DNA of 64,000 nucleotides. Origin: Ktedonobacterales bacterium (GTDB lineage: Bacteria > Chloroflexota > Ktedonobacteria > Ktedonobacterales > JADMIN01). The position numbers were made by a program, and so were the translations under genes. This document shows, one piece after another, positions 1 through 9,669 of this stretch (positions within the stretch are counted from its first letter, which is position 1; every line of letters starts with the position of its first letter). The notes under the pieces are model-generated. The model ran no database searches, had not been told where the DNA came from, and saw nothing but the letters and a program-made list of their open reading frames with translations. The DNA lies in NCBI GenBank assembly GCA_030167145.1, contig CP126532.1, positions 256,504 to 320,503 of the forward strand, read 5' to 3'.

Positions 1-8
1 CCGAATAC

Positions 9-953
9 TCACTCAGTAATAGTGCGTATTTTACTCAGCTCGCTCGCAAATCGCCCAGCCCACATCGCGTTATTCAGCAACAACGCACGGTTTGCCGCCA
101 CACTCTCGCCACCGGTTAACTCCGCCACTCGCGCCAGCAGGAACGGCGTGGTCGCTGGTCCATGCACCCCCTGTTCCACAGCCTCGCGCAGCGCCGTCGT
201 GATCGCCTTCTCGATTGCATCAGATGGCAGCGCAAATGCTTCGGGAATCGGACATGTGACGAGCAAGCCACCACCTACGCCACTGGCCCACTGCGCATAT
301 GCGGTCGCAGCCACCTCCTGCGCCGTATCCGCGCGATGCGGCGTCCGCAGCCCGCTTGCCCTGCTGTAGAACGCGGGCAACTCATCCGTCTGGAACCCCA
401 CCACCGGCACACCATGCGTCTCCAGATACTCAAGCGTCAGCGGCAGGTCGAGGATAGCCTTCGCTCCTGCGCAGACCGTGAGCACAGGCGCGCGCGACAG
501 TTCGATCAGGTCGGCCGAGACATCAAAGCTACTCACCGCGCCGCGATGCACACCGCCTATTCCGCCAGTCGCGAACACACGAATTCCTGCGAGCGCGGCG
601 CATGCCAGCGTACCCGCCACAGTCGTCGCAGCGGTTGCCCTCCGGGCGAGCGCTGGCGCCAGGTCACGGCGGCTGGCCTTCAGCACCTGTTCTTCGCTCC
701 CCAGCCGTTCGATCTCGGCGTCGTTCAACCCCACGACGATCTGCCCATCCAGCAGCGCAACTGTCGCGGGCACAGCGCCCTCCGCCCGCACTGCATCTTC
801 CATCGCCCGCGCTACCTCCAGATTCGCCGGACGCGGCAGCCCATGCGCGATGACCGTGGATTCCAGTGCCACAACGGCGCGGCCCTCCACCAGCGCGGCA
901 CGCACCTGCTCGGCAACACGCAGATAACTGTGAGATGTTGACACAGACATCAT
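9..953 (-). CDS. psuG: pseudouridine-5'-phosphate glycosidase (IndA/YeiN family)
   Basis: 314-aa ORF. Motifs VALESTVIAHGLP, FATGGIGGVHRG and FDVSADL match my memory of the PsuG/IndA family. Confidence 0.8.
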   Translation of the reverse strand: MMSVSTSHSYLRVAEQVRAALVEGRAVVALESTVIAHGLPRPANLEVARAMEDAVRAEGAVPATVALLDGQIVVGLNDAEIERLGSEEQVLKASRRDLAPALARRATAATTVAGTLACAALAGIRVFATGGIGGVHRGAVSSFDVSADLIELSRAPVLTVCAGAKAILDLPLTLEYLETHGVPVVGFQTDELPAFYSRASGLRTPHRADTAQEVAATAYAQWASGVGGGLLVTCPIPEAFALPSDAIEKAITTALREAVEQGVHGPATTPFLLARVAELTGGESVAANRALLLNNAMWAGRFASELSKIRTITE

Positions 954-1139
954 AGAGTCAGAATTCCTCTCAGATACGGATGGACGTGGATCAGATGTAT
1001 TTCACCATAGCACCAAGAACGCTCAGCCGTCCTGCCCGCCCCGCGCAATACGCATCAGACAGTTGAAAGTAACGCGCCAGCACCACACCAATGTGTAGCT
1101 ACCGGCGCGTCTACAGCTCGTGTTCGCCTTGCTGGCAGG

Positions 1140-1382
1140 CTAGTGAGCCTGACCCAGCGCCTTCATCACATCTTTTGGTCCATTGAAGGAATCGGCGGGA
1201 AGCCGCCGGATTGTCTGCACTACCTCATCTGAAGCGTGGTTGTGTTGCGCCTGCTGCACCAGGTCAACCTTCGAGGCGGGATAATTCACCCCTTTCAGGT
1301 GCTTTTGCAGCTCAATCGGCGAGAGCCGCTTACCATTGCCCTGCCCGCTTCCCGCTGTGCCATCGGTCTGGTGTGTTGCCAT
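1140..1382 (-). CDS. DUF2795-like small protein
   Basis: 80-aa ORF. The pattern LQKHLKGVNYPASKVDLVQQAQ...VVQTIRRLP...FNGPKDVMKALG is typical of DUF2795 proteins. Confidence 0.6.
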   Translation of the reverse strand: MATHQTDGTAGSGQGNGKRLSPIELQKHLKGVNYPASKVDLVQQAQHNHASDEVVQTIRRLPADSFNGPKDVMKALGQAH

Positions 1383-1504
1383 GTCTATCTGATCCTTTCC
1401 TGCGTAGACGCACGAGCCACAACCGGCCGAACCGGTTCAGTGCGCCCACTGCAAGTTATGGGCCAGAATAATGTTCGCCTGACATCCACGGCACTCACAT
1501 CAAT

Positions 1505-2980
1505 TCACAACATAGGAATGCGTTCGAGCACCGGCAGCAGCAATGCCTCGGCTGATCCACCAGCAAGGGCACGCACACGCTCGCTCGCCACCACACGGAT
1601 TCGGCGCTGATGCTGCTCATAAACCCCCAAATCGCTCGGACGCTGCCCTGTCGCTTCGGCCCACGTCATCAACGACACCATGCCGATTGGCGGCTGTGCA
1701 AAGCGTACCTGCACATCCATTTCCCACTTCTCAGGCTTCGGCACATCCACCAGCGTCTCATACGGCGCCACTGATGCCCCCAACCCCTCGGCCAGCGCCG
1801 CCGCCAGCTCAATCTCCACACGCCTCCGCTTCGCCTGATCCCAGAACAGTGCATCAAGCTGGCTGAAAAGCTTCCCAGCGCGAGCGCTGACTTCGAGCAG
1901 CACTTTATAGGGCTGTCGCATCCGCAGTCCGCTCACCAGCGCCCGCGCTCCCTCCGGCATTCCCTCGCCCCCAAGCAACGCCAGCAGCGAGCTATCGTCA
2001 TGCCCATACAGGTCCGTAGGCATAATCGCATGCGCCTCAAGCGCCTCTTGCACCGCGCGCAGCAGCATCGCCATCATCGCACGATTCGTATGATGCCAGT
2101 AGACGTTATCGAACATCTCCTGCCGCGCGTGCAGCAACGAATTCAGCGGACTAATGCCCTTGTCGCTCACGCCCAGTCGCGCCCCATCAGTCGTTTCCAA
2201 CACGCGCAACGAGCCGAGCAGCCGCGTCACATCCACACCACCGTAAGGCACATTACAGGCCCGCGCATCGCGTGGCAGGTAGTCCAATTTGTCCACATCC
2301 AGCGCCCCGCTTAGCAGCCGTATCAGCAGCGAATCCTCCGCTAGCAGGGGCCGGTCGCGTGGCGGGTCCACCAGATCAGCGACGCGCCCTGGCTGGAGTC
2401 CGTGCCGCGACAACACAGCCGAGATCGCAGGAGCTTCAATCAGCAGGCGGCCAACCTTCTCGTGCGGCAGCACCGGGTAACCCAATTCTTCGATGGCATG
2501 CGAAAATGGATAGTGCCCCACGTCATGTAGCAACGCCGCCGCCAGCAGTGTCTGCGGCGTGGTGTCATCCCCGCTGAGCAGATCGGGCGCCTGGGAACGC
2601 AACGCATGGAGCGCACGCAACATCAAGTAATAGACGCCAAGGCTGTGCTCAAACCGCGTATGTGTCGCCCCTGGCCACACACGATACACAAAGCCAAGTT
2701 GCTTGACACCCTGCAAGCGTACAAACTCCGGCGTTGCAATCAACTCCACCTCAAGCGCGCTGAGTGGTATCAGGTCGTAGAGACTATCGCGAATCGTGCT
2801 CACCAGCGCACGCTCGGCCAGCACTGGCTCGCCGGCCAGAGCAGCATCCCAGAGTGAGGGGCGCGACGCAACGGCATCCAGTTCGCTCGCCTCTCGCCTG
2901 GCGCGGCCACTCGATTTCGGTGCCTTGGTGGCGCGATGGCCCGTAACATCAGATGGACCAGCAGTATCAGAAGTTGGCAT
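1505..2980 (-). CDS. HD-domain phosphohydrolase (dNTP triphosphohydrolase / SAMHD1-like)
   Basis: The track ORF is 1505..3085. I placed the start at the internal Met (MPTSDTAG, ATG at 2980). HD signatures are RFEHSLGVYYLM, LLHDVGHYPFSH and DVDKLDYLPRD. Confidence 0.75.
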   Translation of the reverse strand: MPTSDTAGPSDVTGHRATKAPKSSGRARREASELDAVASRPSLWDAALAGEPVLAERALVSTIRDSLYDLIPLSALEVELIATPEFVRLQGVKQLGFVYRVWPGATHTRFEHSLGVYYLMLRALHALRSQAPDLLSGDDTTPQTLLAAALLHDVGHYPFSHAIEELGYPVLPHEKVGRLLIEAPAISAVLSRHGLQPGRVADLVDPPRDRPLLAEDSLLIRLLSGALDVDKLDYLPRDARACNVPYGGVDVTRLLGSLRVLETTDGARLGVSDKGISPLNSLLHARQEMFDNVYWHHTNRAMMAMLLRAVQEALEAHAIMPTDLYGHDDSSLLALLGGEGMPEGARALVSGLRMRQPYKVLLEVSARAGKLFSQLDALFWDQAKRRRVEIELAAALAEGLGASVAPYETLVDVPKPEKWEMDVQVRFAQPPIGMVSLMTWAEATGQRPSDLGVYEQHQRRIRVVASERVRALAGGSAEALLLPVLERIPML

Positions 2981-3560
2981 AATACGCGCATTGTACCGCT
3001 TTGCTGGGCAGAGCGTCCAGCGCCCTGTGGAAGGAATCGCGGCAAAGCTGCACCCCCCACGCCCCCGACGCGGCGCACCAGGCACACCGGTCTATGAAAT
3101 GGCAGCGTGCACGCCCAACGAAATCGAGTAGCACTATCAATAAGTAATAGAGAGCATTGTTCCTTGTGCTATTTGGTTGTATGATGACGCCTGTACGCTA
3201 ACATGTCACCAGCGCGATTAACAAGGTGGCTGATCTCTATAGCGGATCACATTCTTCAGGTACGTGGAAACATCATGCCTGATTTTTAGCGTATCGCGCG
3301 CCCATATGATGGGCGAAGCACCGCGACGTGAGTCACAACCATGGTCGTGACTGCGCTGCATGTATCTCGCGTCGCGATAATACCGTGGCCCGTGACGGTG
3401 ATGTGAAGGGGTGTCGCGCATGCGAAACATAGGTCCGGAATTGCTGAGTACAAATACTGGGCGCAACGAAGAGAAATGGTACGTGCGCGGTGCGCGTTGG
3501 TGGCTGCGAATGACCAGTTTCCGTTGGCCAACGCCACACCCGACAATCGAGGCCCGTGAG

Positions 3561-4655
3561 ATGACACGGCGCAGCAGGCTGGCGTCATGGCTCATCCTCG
3601 GTCTGGCGGCATCGCTGATGATACTGTTGCCTCTGGCAAGTAGCAATGTGAGTGCGCGCTTCGCCTTCTCAATCTTCGCTATCGGCCTGGTTGCCGCCGC
3701 CGTGCTGAATCGCCGGGGCTACATCTCAGCAGCAGGAACGTTGCTTGTGGTCCTCATCGTGTTCGCCATCCTCGGCCCGACCATAGCAAGTCCCATCGGC
3801 CTCACAATGGGCCTTCTGCCCAACTACGATGCCCTGGCCGTATCAGTCCTCGTCGCCGCGACACTGCTCCCTCGCCCGGCCATTTTTCTGGTTGCGTTCG
3901 CCAACACCGCGTTGATCGTCGCGGATTATCTTCTAGAGCCGCACAACGCCAACATCACCATTGACGCCAAACTCTATTCCAGCGCTACCATGCAAGCGGT
4001 TTCACTGCTCGTGCGCCCCATCGCCTTGGAACTGATTATCGCGGTCATCTCGTACCTGTGGATACGCGGCACCGATCAAGCTATCCGCCGGGCAGACCGC
4101 GCAGAGGAAGTGGCGTACATGCGCCAGCGCGAGGCCGAGCAGAAGCGCGAACTGGAAGAAGGCGTAGAGCAGTTGCTCCAGGTGCTCGTGCTCTGGGCCA
4201 ACGGCAACACTCAGGCGCGCGTGCCAGAAATGCGCGATTCGCTCCTCTGGCGCGTCGGCCATGCGCTCAACACCTTCATTGGCCGGCTAGAGCAATTCAC
4301 TCAGGCCGAAGTCGTACTCCGCCACACGCAAGACGAAGCAGTACGGCTTGCCGCAGCCATCACCGAATGGCTGCATGGCCGCGCGCCTATTTGGCCAGCG
4401 CCCATCGGTACGCCGCTCGATCCAGTCATCGCCACCTTGCGTGGCGCCGCTCCTGAGCCTACCAGCATGGAACCCGGCTTCTACGGCGATAACTGGACTC
4501 CGAACAACCAGCCACGTTCGTTTCCCTCACGCGGACCAGCCCCAACCTCACAGCCTCTACCGCCGAACTACCCAAACAATGTCCCTGGTAGTGGCGACAA
4601 TCCGCGCCCCCGCAATCCAACACACCCACCAGAACGCTTCTGGCCACCGGAGTGA
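3561..4655 (+). CDS. hypothetical polytopic membrane protein with Pro-rich C-terminal tail
   Basis: The track ORF is 3411..4655. The start was moved to MTRRSRLASWLILGL (3561). About 6 hydrophobic helices are followed by a charged coiled segment (REAEQKRELEEGVEQLL). The tail is rich in P, N and S. I recognise no family. Confidence 0.5.
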   Translation: MTRRSRLASWLILGLAASLMILLPLASSNVSARFAFSIFAIGLVAAAVLNRRGYISAAGTLLVVLIVFAILGPTIASPIGLTMGLLPNYDALAVSVLVAATLLPRPAIFLVAFANTALIVADYLLEPHNANITIDAKLYSSATMQAVSLLVRPIALELIIAVISYLWIRGTDQAIRRADRAEEVAYMRQREAEQKRELEEGVEQLLQVLVLWANGNTQARVPEMRDSLLWRVGHALNTFIGRLEQFTQAEVVLRHTQDEAVRLAAAITEWLHGRAPIWPAPIGTPLDPVIATLRGAAPEPTSMEPGFYGDNWTPNNQPRSFPSRGPAPTSQPLPPNYPNNVPGSGDNPRPRNPTHPPERFWPPE

Positions 4656-4661
4656 CACAAC

Positions 4662-4997
4662 CTATTCGACATTCTTCGCCTTGTTGTAATAGGTCAGCAC
4701 TTCGTCCTTGGTGCGCGCGTAGGCGTCGCGGCCCAGTGCCATCGCATCGCTTGCGCGCTCACGCAACTGTGACGAGAACTGCTCATAATTGAACTGCCCA
4801 CGCTTACGCGCTTGTGTCGTCTGCTCGCTAAGCTGCTGGCGCGTCTCCTCGCCACTCTGCGGCGCGAAAAGCACAGCCACCGCCGCGCCCACAGCCAAGC
4901 CAAAGACGAAACCCCAGAAAAACCCGCCACCCGATTTCCGCTTGCCATTCTTAGCCACGTCCACACCTACCTTTTCCGGGGGTATGCGCCAAGCCAT
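4662..4997 (-). CDS. YtxH-domain protein
   Basis: 111-aa ORF. A hydrophobic helix is followed by FAPQSGEETRQQLSEQ, which is the YtxH pattern (LAPKSGKEtR). Confidence 0.6.
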   Translation of the reverse strand: MAWRIPPEKVGVDVAKNGKRKSGGGFFWGFVFGLAVGAAVAVLFAPQSGEETRQQLSEQTTQARKRGQFNYEQFSSQLRERASDAMALGRDAYARTKDEVLTYYNKAKNVE

Positions 4998-5015
4998 ATC
5001 ACTTCGCTGCCATGG

Positions 5016-5414
5016 CTATAGCGTTGGCGCGACCCCGAGCACCTGCTGCACACGCCCCAAGAGCGCCTCCAGCTCAAATGGTTTCTGCAACACCGACGTA
5101 TTGCCATAACGCCCCGGATTGCCCTCGATCAAGTTCGCCACCGATTCCGCGGCCAGCGGCGCCGCCGTGTACACGATGATCGGAATCTCCGCTGTGCTCT
5201 CCTGCGAGCGCAAGCCTTCCAGAATATCCACACCCGAGGCATCGGGCAACCGCAGATCCAGCACGATCAAGTCCGGTGGATTCTCGCGTACCCGTTCGAC
5301 AGCCTCGCTGCCGCGCTCCAACACCGACACCTGATAATGCTCGTCTTCCAACAGCATCCGCATCAGTCGCAACAGGTCAGGCTGATCGTCAATCAAAAGG
5401 ATGTGCTTGCTCAC
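5016..5414 (-). CDS. single-domain response regulator (CheY-like receiver)
   Basis: 132 aa. Motifs are ILLIDDQPDLLRL, DLIVLDLRLPDASG (phospho-acceptor Asp context) and LQKPFELEAL. There is no output domain. Confidence 0.8.
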   Translation of the reverse strand: MSKHILLIDDQPDLLRLMRMLLEDEHYQVSVLERGSEAVERVRENPPDLIVLDLRLPDASGVDILEGLRSQESTAEIPIIVYTAAPLAAESVANLIEGNPGRYGNTSVLQKPFELEALLGRVQQVLGVAPTL

Positions 5415-5772
5415 CGTTGTTCCTTCTTGTGTGCAGCGAACGACCTAACGAATAGCCTATTGCCACGTGCAATCTATCCGAGCTAACCCGCGAAACGCGC
5501 GGCCAGTGCATCTCAGAAAATCGCCAGACAACGCCATCCGCTTGCCATTGAGAACGCCAGGCAACTCTGCCGCGGACTGTAGCAGAAAACATACCAGAGT
5601 CCATCAGCGAACGCCTGTTGACCAGATCACGTAGATCGCTGTCGCAACTCTCTAGTGATACAACGCAGCGCGCTCCCCAGATGGTCACATTTCCCGTCAG
5701 CGGGACTATCTGGCTACACAGGCCGCCAGGGCGCGTGGTAGTCTCTGTGCAGAGCATATCAGGAGGATGACC

Positions 5773-6018
5773 ATGGACCCGCACAACCTCAAACGCCCGC
5801 CAGCCATGGGCGAAATGAAGCGTGTCGCCGAAGCGCAAGCGCTCACCTTGCGCGCGGAACTACGCGCCGCGATGCAGGTGGATCATCTCAACGCCGAAGA
5901 CGTCGCACGGCAAGCACGGCTCGAACCTGCCGCCATCCAAGCATTCCTCGATGGCAACGCTCTCAATCCCCGCTGGCAGGCCAAACTCGAACACTGGCTC
6001 ACCACCAGGCCAAGCTGA
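5773..6018 (+). CDS. small hypothetical protein, possible HTH
   Basis: The track ORF is 5767..6018. AGGAGG lies at 5761-5766, which favours the second ATG at 5773. LNAEDVARQARLEPAAIQAFLDGN resembles an XRE-type helix-turn-helix. The call is weak. Confidence 0.35.
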   Translation: MDPHNLKRPPAMGEMKRVAEAQALTLRAELRAAMQVDHLNAEDVARQARLEPAAIQAFLDGNALNPRWQAKLEHWLTTRPS

Positions 6019-6240
6019 CATCTTGCCGCCTGCTATCAACGCGACCACATTGTCTTAAGTCTCATCGCCCTTACTCATCCGCATCTCGTGTCCGCATCCG
6101 ACCGCACTTGTCCCCGCCTGACCACCTATCCCCACTCCTCCCACATGCTACACTTCCCGACAGGACATCCCGCTCCATCACCAGAAACACCAGGAGCACC
6201 TCGTCTCATATGCGCCTGCAACCGCTTCGCTACCGCCATA

Positions 6241-6303
6241 CATCGGCCACATCGGCCACTGGTCTTCACGCACAATCCAAAATTGCGGCGAAAACGGCGA
6301 AAA
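6241..6303. repeat. inverted copy of the intergenic repeat modules seen at 17.7-18.0 kb
   Basis: 6280-6303 (AAATTGCGGCGAAAACGGCGAAAA) is the exact reverse complement of 17806-17829. 6241-6259 (CATCGGCCACATCGGCCAC) mirrors GGCCGATGTGGCCG at 17688-17700. Confidence 0.7.
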
Positions 6304-6500
6304 TTTTGCGCCATGTCTGGTCACATCTTCTCGCCATCGCGGTCACATCGGCCCCTCTCCGGCATTTATGCCCTTGCTACTGTGCTCCACCAATGAAGGC
6401 CGAGACCGTGGCGTTTGTGCTTCCGCCATGTATGGCCGAGACGGTCACAGTTGCCAAGCTTGCAGCAAAATCGGCAACCTTGAGCAACATATCAGGCACA

Positions 6501-6530
6501 TTGACAGCGGCGCGGCGCACTCCCTATACT
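6501..6530 (+). promoter_or_regulatory. sigma70-like promoter upstream of the serC-like/serA pair
   Basis: TTGACA (6501-6506), an 18-nt spacer, then TATACT (6525-6530), about 100 nt upstream of the ATG at 6637. This rests on sequence pattern only. Confidence 0.5.
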
Positions 6531-6636
6531 ACAGGAGAAATCCGGCCACAGTACGGCGGCGCGACGGTGCCCCGCCCCAGCGGCATCGCACGCAATGACC
6601 GCGTGCGGCAACCGTGTTGAGGAGGCAAGCACCGCA

Positions 6637-7755
6637 ATGGAACAAAACCTGCGTATTCCCGGCCCAACCCCGATTCCGCCAGAAGTCTTGCATGCGCTCA
6701 GCCGCCCGATGATCAACCATCGCGGACCAGAGTTCGCCGCCATCTTGGAGCGCGTCGAGACACAGCTACAGCACTTCTTCCAGACCACACACCCAATCCT
6801 CTTTTTCCCCTCAGCGGGTAGCGGAGCAATGGAAGCCGCCATCGTCAATTGCTTCTCCCCCGGCGACCACGTACTCGCCGTCACTATCGGCGTATTCGGC
6901 AATCGCTTCGCAAAGATCGCCGAAACGTTCGGCCTGCGCGTCACACGCCTGGAAACTCCCTGGGGCCACGCGGCAGACCTCGATCAACTCACTGTCGCTC
7001 TCGCGGACCAACGTGATCTCCGTGGCGTGCTACTCACTCACAACGAAACCTCCACTGGCGTCACCAACGACATCGCCGCGCTTGCCCGCATCATTCGCCA
7101 ACGCCAGCCTGATGCGTTGATCCTCGTAGACGCGGTTAGCTCGCTCGGATGTGTTGACCTTCAAATGGACGCATGGGATCTCGATGTCGTCTTCACTGGC
7201 TCGCAAAAAGGTTGGATGGTGCCACCAGGGCTGGCGATGGTCGCAGTTAGCCCCCGCGCCTGGGCGGCTGCGGACCGCGCAACTTTGCCACGCTTCTACT
7301 GGGACTTCCGCATGGCAAAGAAATCGCTTGACAAGGGACAAACCCCCTACACGCCGCCGGTCAACATCTTCTTTGGGCTTGATGTCTCGCTTGAAATGAT
7401 GCGCACCGAGGGCCGCGACGCCATCTTCGCCCGCCACCAGCGCGTCGCCGACCTCACCCGCACCCGCGCCCGCGCCCTCGGCCTCGCCCTCTTCGCCGAC
7501 CCCGCATATGCCTCCAATACCGTCACGGCGATCATCGTCCCAGACGGCATTGATGGCAAAGCACTGACAAAGGCTTTGCGCGAACAGGAGAGAGTAGTCA
7601 TCGCGGGCGGCCAGGAGCGGTTAGAAGGCAAGCTGCTCCGTATCGGTCATCTCGGCTACGTCCACGATACTGACATCAGCGCATGTATGGACGCCCTCGA
7701 ACGCCAGCTCGCCGCCCTTGGCTACCGAGCACAAGAACCCGCCTACGAGCAGTGA
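6637..7755 (+). CDS. class-V PLP aminotransferase (serine-glyoxylate / phosphoserine aminotransferase-like)
   Basis: The track ORF is 6595..7755, with the start placed at MEQNLRIPGPTP. GPTPIPPEVL and FTGSQKGWMVPPGLA (PLP-lysine context SQK) are typical of AGXT-type aminotransferases. It lies immediately upstream of serA. Confidence 0.8.
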   Translation: MEQNLRIPGPTPIPPEVLHALSRPMINHRGPEFAAILERVETQLQHFFQTTHPILFFPSAGSGAMEAAIVNCFSPGDHVLAVTIGVFGNRFAKIAETFGLRVTRLETPWGHAADLDQLTVALADQRDLRGVLLTHNETSTGVTNDIAALARIIRQRQPDALILVDAVSSLGCVDLQMDAWDLDVVFTGSQKGWMVPPGLAMVAVSPRAWAAADRATLPRFYWDFRMAKKSLDKGQTPYTPPVNIFFGLDVSLEMMRTEGRDAIFARHQRVADLTRTRARALGLALFADPAYASNTVTAIIVPDGIDGKALTKALREQERVVIAGGQERLEGKLLRIGHLGYVHDTDISACMDALERQLAALGYRAQEPAYEQ

Positions 7756-7873
7756 TGATGAGCACGGAGGAGCAGCATCCGAAATCGCCGCAGCTTCTCC
7801 CTGGTGCCGTAGCGCGCTTTAATATGTCATACTAAGATAGAGAACACTTCTACAAATGTGCAGGGAGGAACTG

Positions 7874-9556
7874 GTGGCGCAACAGCAGGACGGCGATATC
7901 ACCAAGTTACAACAACCGCGTGTGTTGGTGGCGGACCCCATCGCGGCGGAGGGTATAGCATTCCTGCGCGGAGTGGCACATGTAGAGGAGCGGCACGGCC
8001 TGGGTCAGGCGGAACTTATCGCGAGCATCGGTAATTTTGATGCCCTGCTGGTGCGCAGCGAGACGCGCGTCACCGCCGACGTTATCAGGGCCGGAACGCG
8101 GCTGCGTATCATCGCCCGCGCGGGCGTTGGCACCGACAACATTGACCTTGACGAGGCAACCCGGCAGGGCGTCATCGTGGTCAATTCGCCCACCGGAAAC
8201 ACTACCGCCGCCGCCGAGCATACCCTGGCGCTGCTTCTGGCACTGGCTCGCCACATCCCAGAGGCCAATGCTGCTCTGCGCGACGGCCGCTGGGAGCGCG
8301 CAGCCTTTGTCGGCACCGAATTGCGCGGGAAGACGCTCGGCATTGTCGGGTTGGGCAAAATCGGTGCTGAAGTCGCGCGCCGCGCTGGCGAAGGTGGTCT
8401 CGGCATGCGCTTGCTCGCCGCTGATCCCTACGCCTCGCCGGAGACCGCACGCAAGCTGCAAGTAGAACTCGTTTCACTTGACGAGATGCTTCCCCAGGCT
8501 GATTTCGTGACACTACACACCGCATTGACCAACGCCACGCGCGGGCTGCTAGGTCCGGCGGAACTGGAGCTTATGAAACCGGGCGCACGCATCCTCAACT
8601 GTGCGCGTGGCGGAGTAATTGATGAGCCTGCCCTGCTAGAAGCCCTCAATTCTGGGCATATCGGTGGCGCTGCCCTCGATGTCTTCGCCAAAGAGCCGCC
8701 CGCTCTCAACACGCCATCTGGTGCACTCGTGGCACACGCGAAGGTGATCGCCACCCCACATCTTGGCGCCTCGACCGAGGAAGCTCAGGTAAATGTCGCG
8801 CTGGAGGTGGCCGAGCAGGTGGCTGAAGTGCTGCGTGGCGGCACCGCGCGTGCGGCGGTCAACGCGCCGCTCATTCTACCGGAAACCCTGCGCGAGCTTC
8901 AACCCTGGATGGATCTGGTGGAGAAGCTAGGGCGGCTCTATACACAACTCCATCCCGGTCCTCTACATCGCGCCGAGCTAACCGTCAGCGGTGAGATCGC
9001 TGGACTGGACACCCGCCCGCTCAGCGCCGCGCTTGTCAAAGGGTTACTGGAATCCGTCTCCGAAGCGCAAGTAAATTTGGTGAACGCGCAAGTGTTGGCG
9101 CGCGACTGGGGCCTGGAGATCACCGAGAGCCGATCAACCGAGCCAGAGCAATATGCCAATCTGGTGACAGTACGGGTAAGCGGCGATGGCGGCGGAGTGC
9201 TGCCCTTTATGCTGGCGGCGACCATCGCCTGGGGTGAAGAGCGCATCGTACGGGTAGATCAATATGCAACCGACTTCGTACCCAAAGGCCACATCCTCAT
9301 CTGCCGCAACCTCGACCGCCCCGGCATGATTGGGCGCATCGGCACCATCCTGGGCGACGCTGGCGTCAACATCGGCCACATGGATGTCGGCCCCATCGCC
9401 AGTGTCCCACCTGATACCACCGTAAACCATGGCCAGCGCACACCAGGCGGCGAAGCACTGATGATCCTCTCACTCGATAACCCCGTCCCCGACCGCGCCA
9501 TTGAGCAGATTCGCAACACCCAGGACATCTTCAGCTTCACCAGTGTCACGCTGTAG
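7874..9556 (+). CDS. serA: D-3-phosphoglycerate dehydrogenase, long form with C-terminal ACT domain
   Basis: The track ORF is 7856..9556. An in-frame GTG at 7874 follows GGGAGGA, but ATG 7856 is also possible. Motifs are GVGTDNIDLDEATRQGVIVVNSP and the NAD motif GIVGLGKIGAEVARRA. The C-terminal segment ICRNLDRPGMIGRIGTILGDAGVNI is ACT-like. Confidence 0.85.
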   Translation: MAQQQDGDITKLQQPRVLVADPIAAEGIAFLRGVAHVEERHGLGQAELIASIGNFDALLVRSETRVTADVIRAGTRLRIIARAGVGTDNIDLDEATRQGVIVVNSPTGNTTAAAEHTLALLLALARHIPEANAALRDGRWERAAFVGTELRGKTLGIVGLGKIGAEVARRAGEGGLGMRLLAADPYASPETARKLQVELVSLDEMLPQADFVTLHTALTNATRGLLGPAELELMKPGARILNCARGGVIDEPALLEALNSGHIGGAALDVFAKEPPALNTPSGALVAHAKVIATPHLGASTEEAQVNVALEVAEQVAEVLRGGTARAAVNAPLILPETLRELQPWMDLVEKLGRLYTQLHPGPLHRAELTVSGEIAGLDTRPLSAALVKGLLESVSEAQVNLVNAQVLARDWGLEITESRSTEPEQYANLVTVRVSGDGGGVLPFMLAATIAWGEERIVRVDQYATDFVPKGHILICRNLDRPGMIGRIGTILGDAGVNIGHMDVGPIASVPPDTTVNHGQRTPGGEALMILSLDNPVPDRAIEQIRNTQDIFSFTSVTL

Positions 9557-9669
9557 AAAAGCATCGAACACTATATCATTCAGATGGGAACCAGCAATGC
9601 AGCAGCATTGTCTTCCTCTCTGGGATCTATGTTGATGTGGAAGACGGAACTGGTATGGGCAATCCAACG

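Noticed and set aside
162-941. Plus-strand ORFs (259, 149 and 115 aa) overlapping psuG.
   Set aside because: They are antisense shadow ORFs with Arg/Pro-rich translations. The minus strand carries the PsuG motifs.
9595-9610. A 6-bp stem (CAATGC/GCATTG) followed by a T/C-rich tract after serA, as a possible terminator.
   Set aside because: The stem is too short and the tract is not a clean U-run, so it is not reported as a feature.
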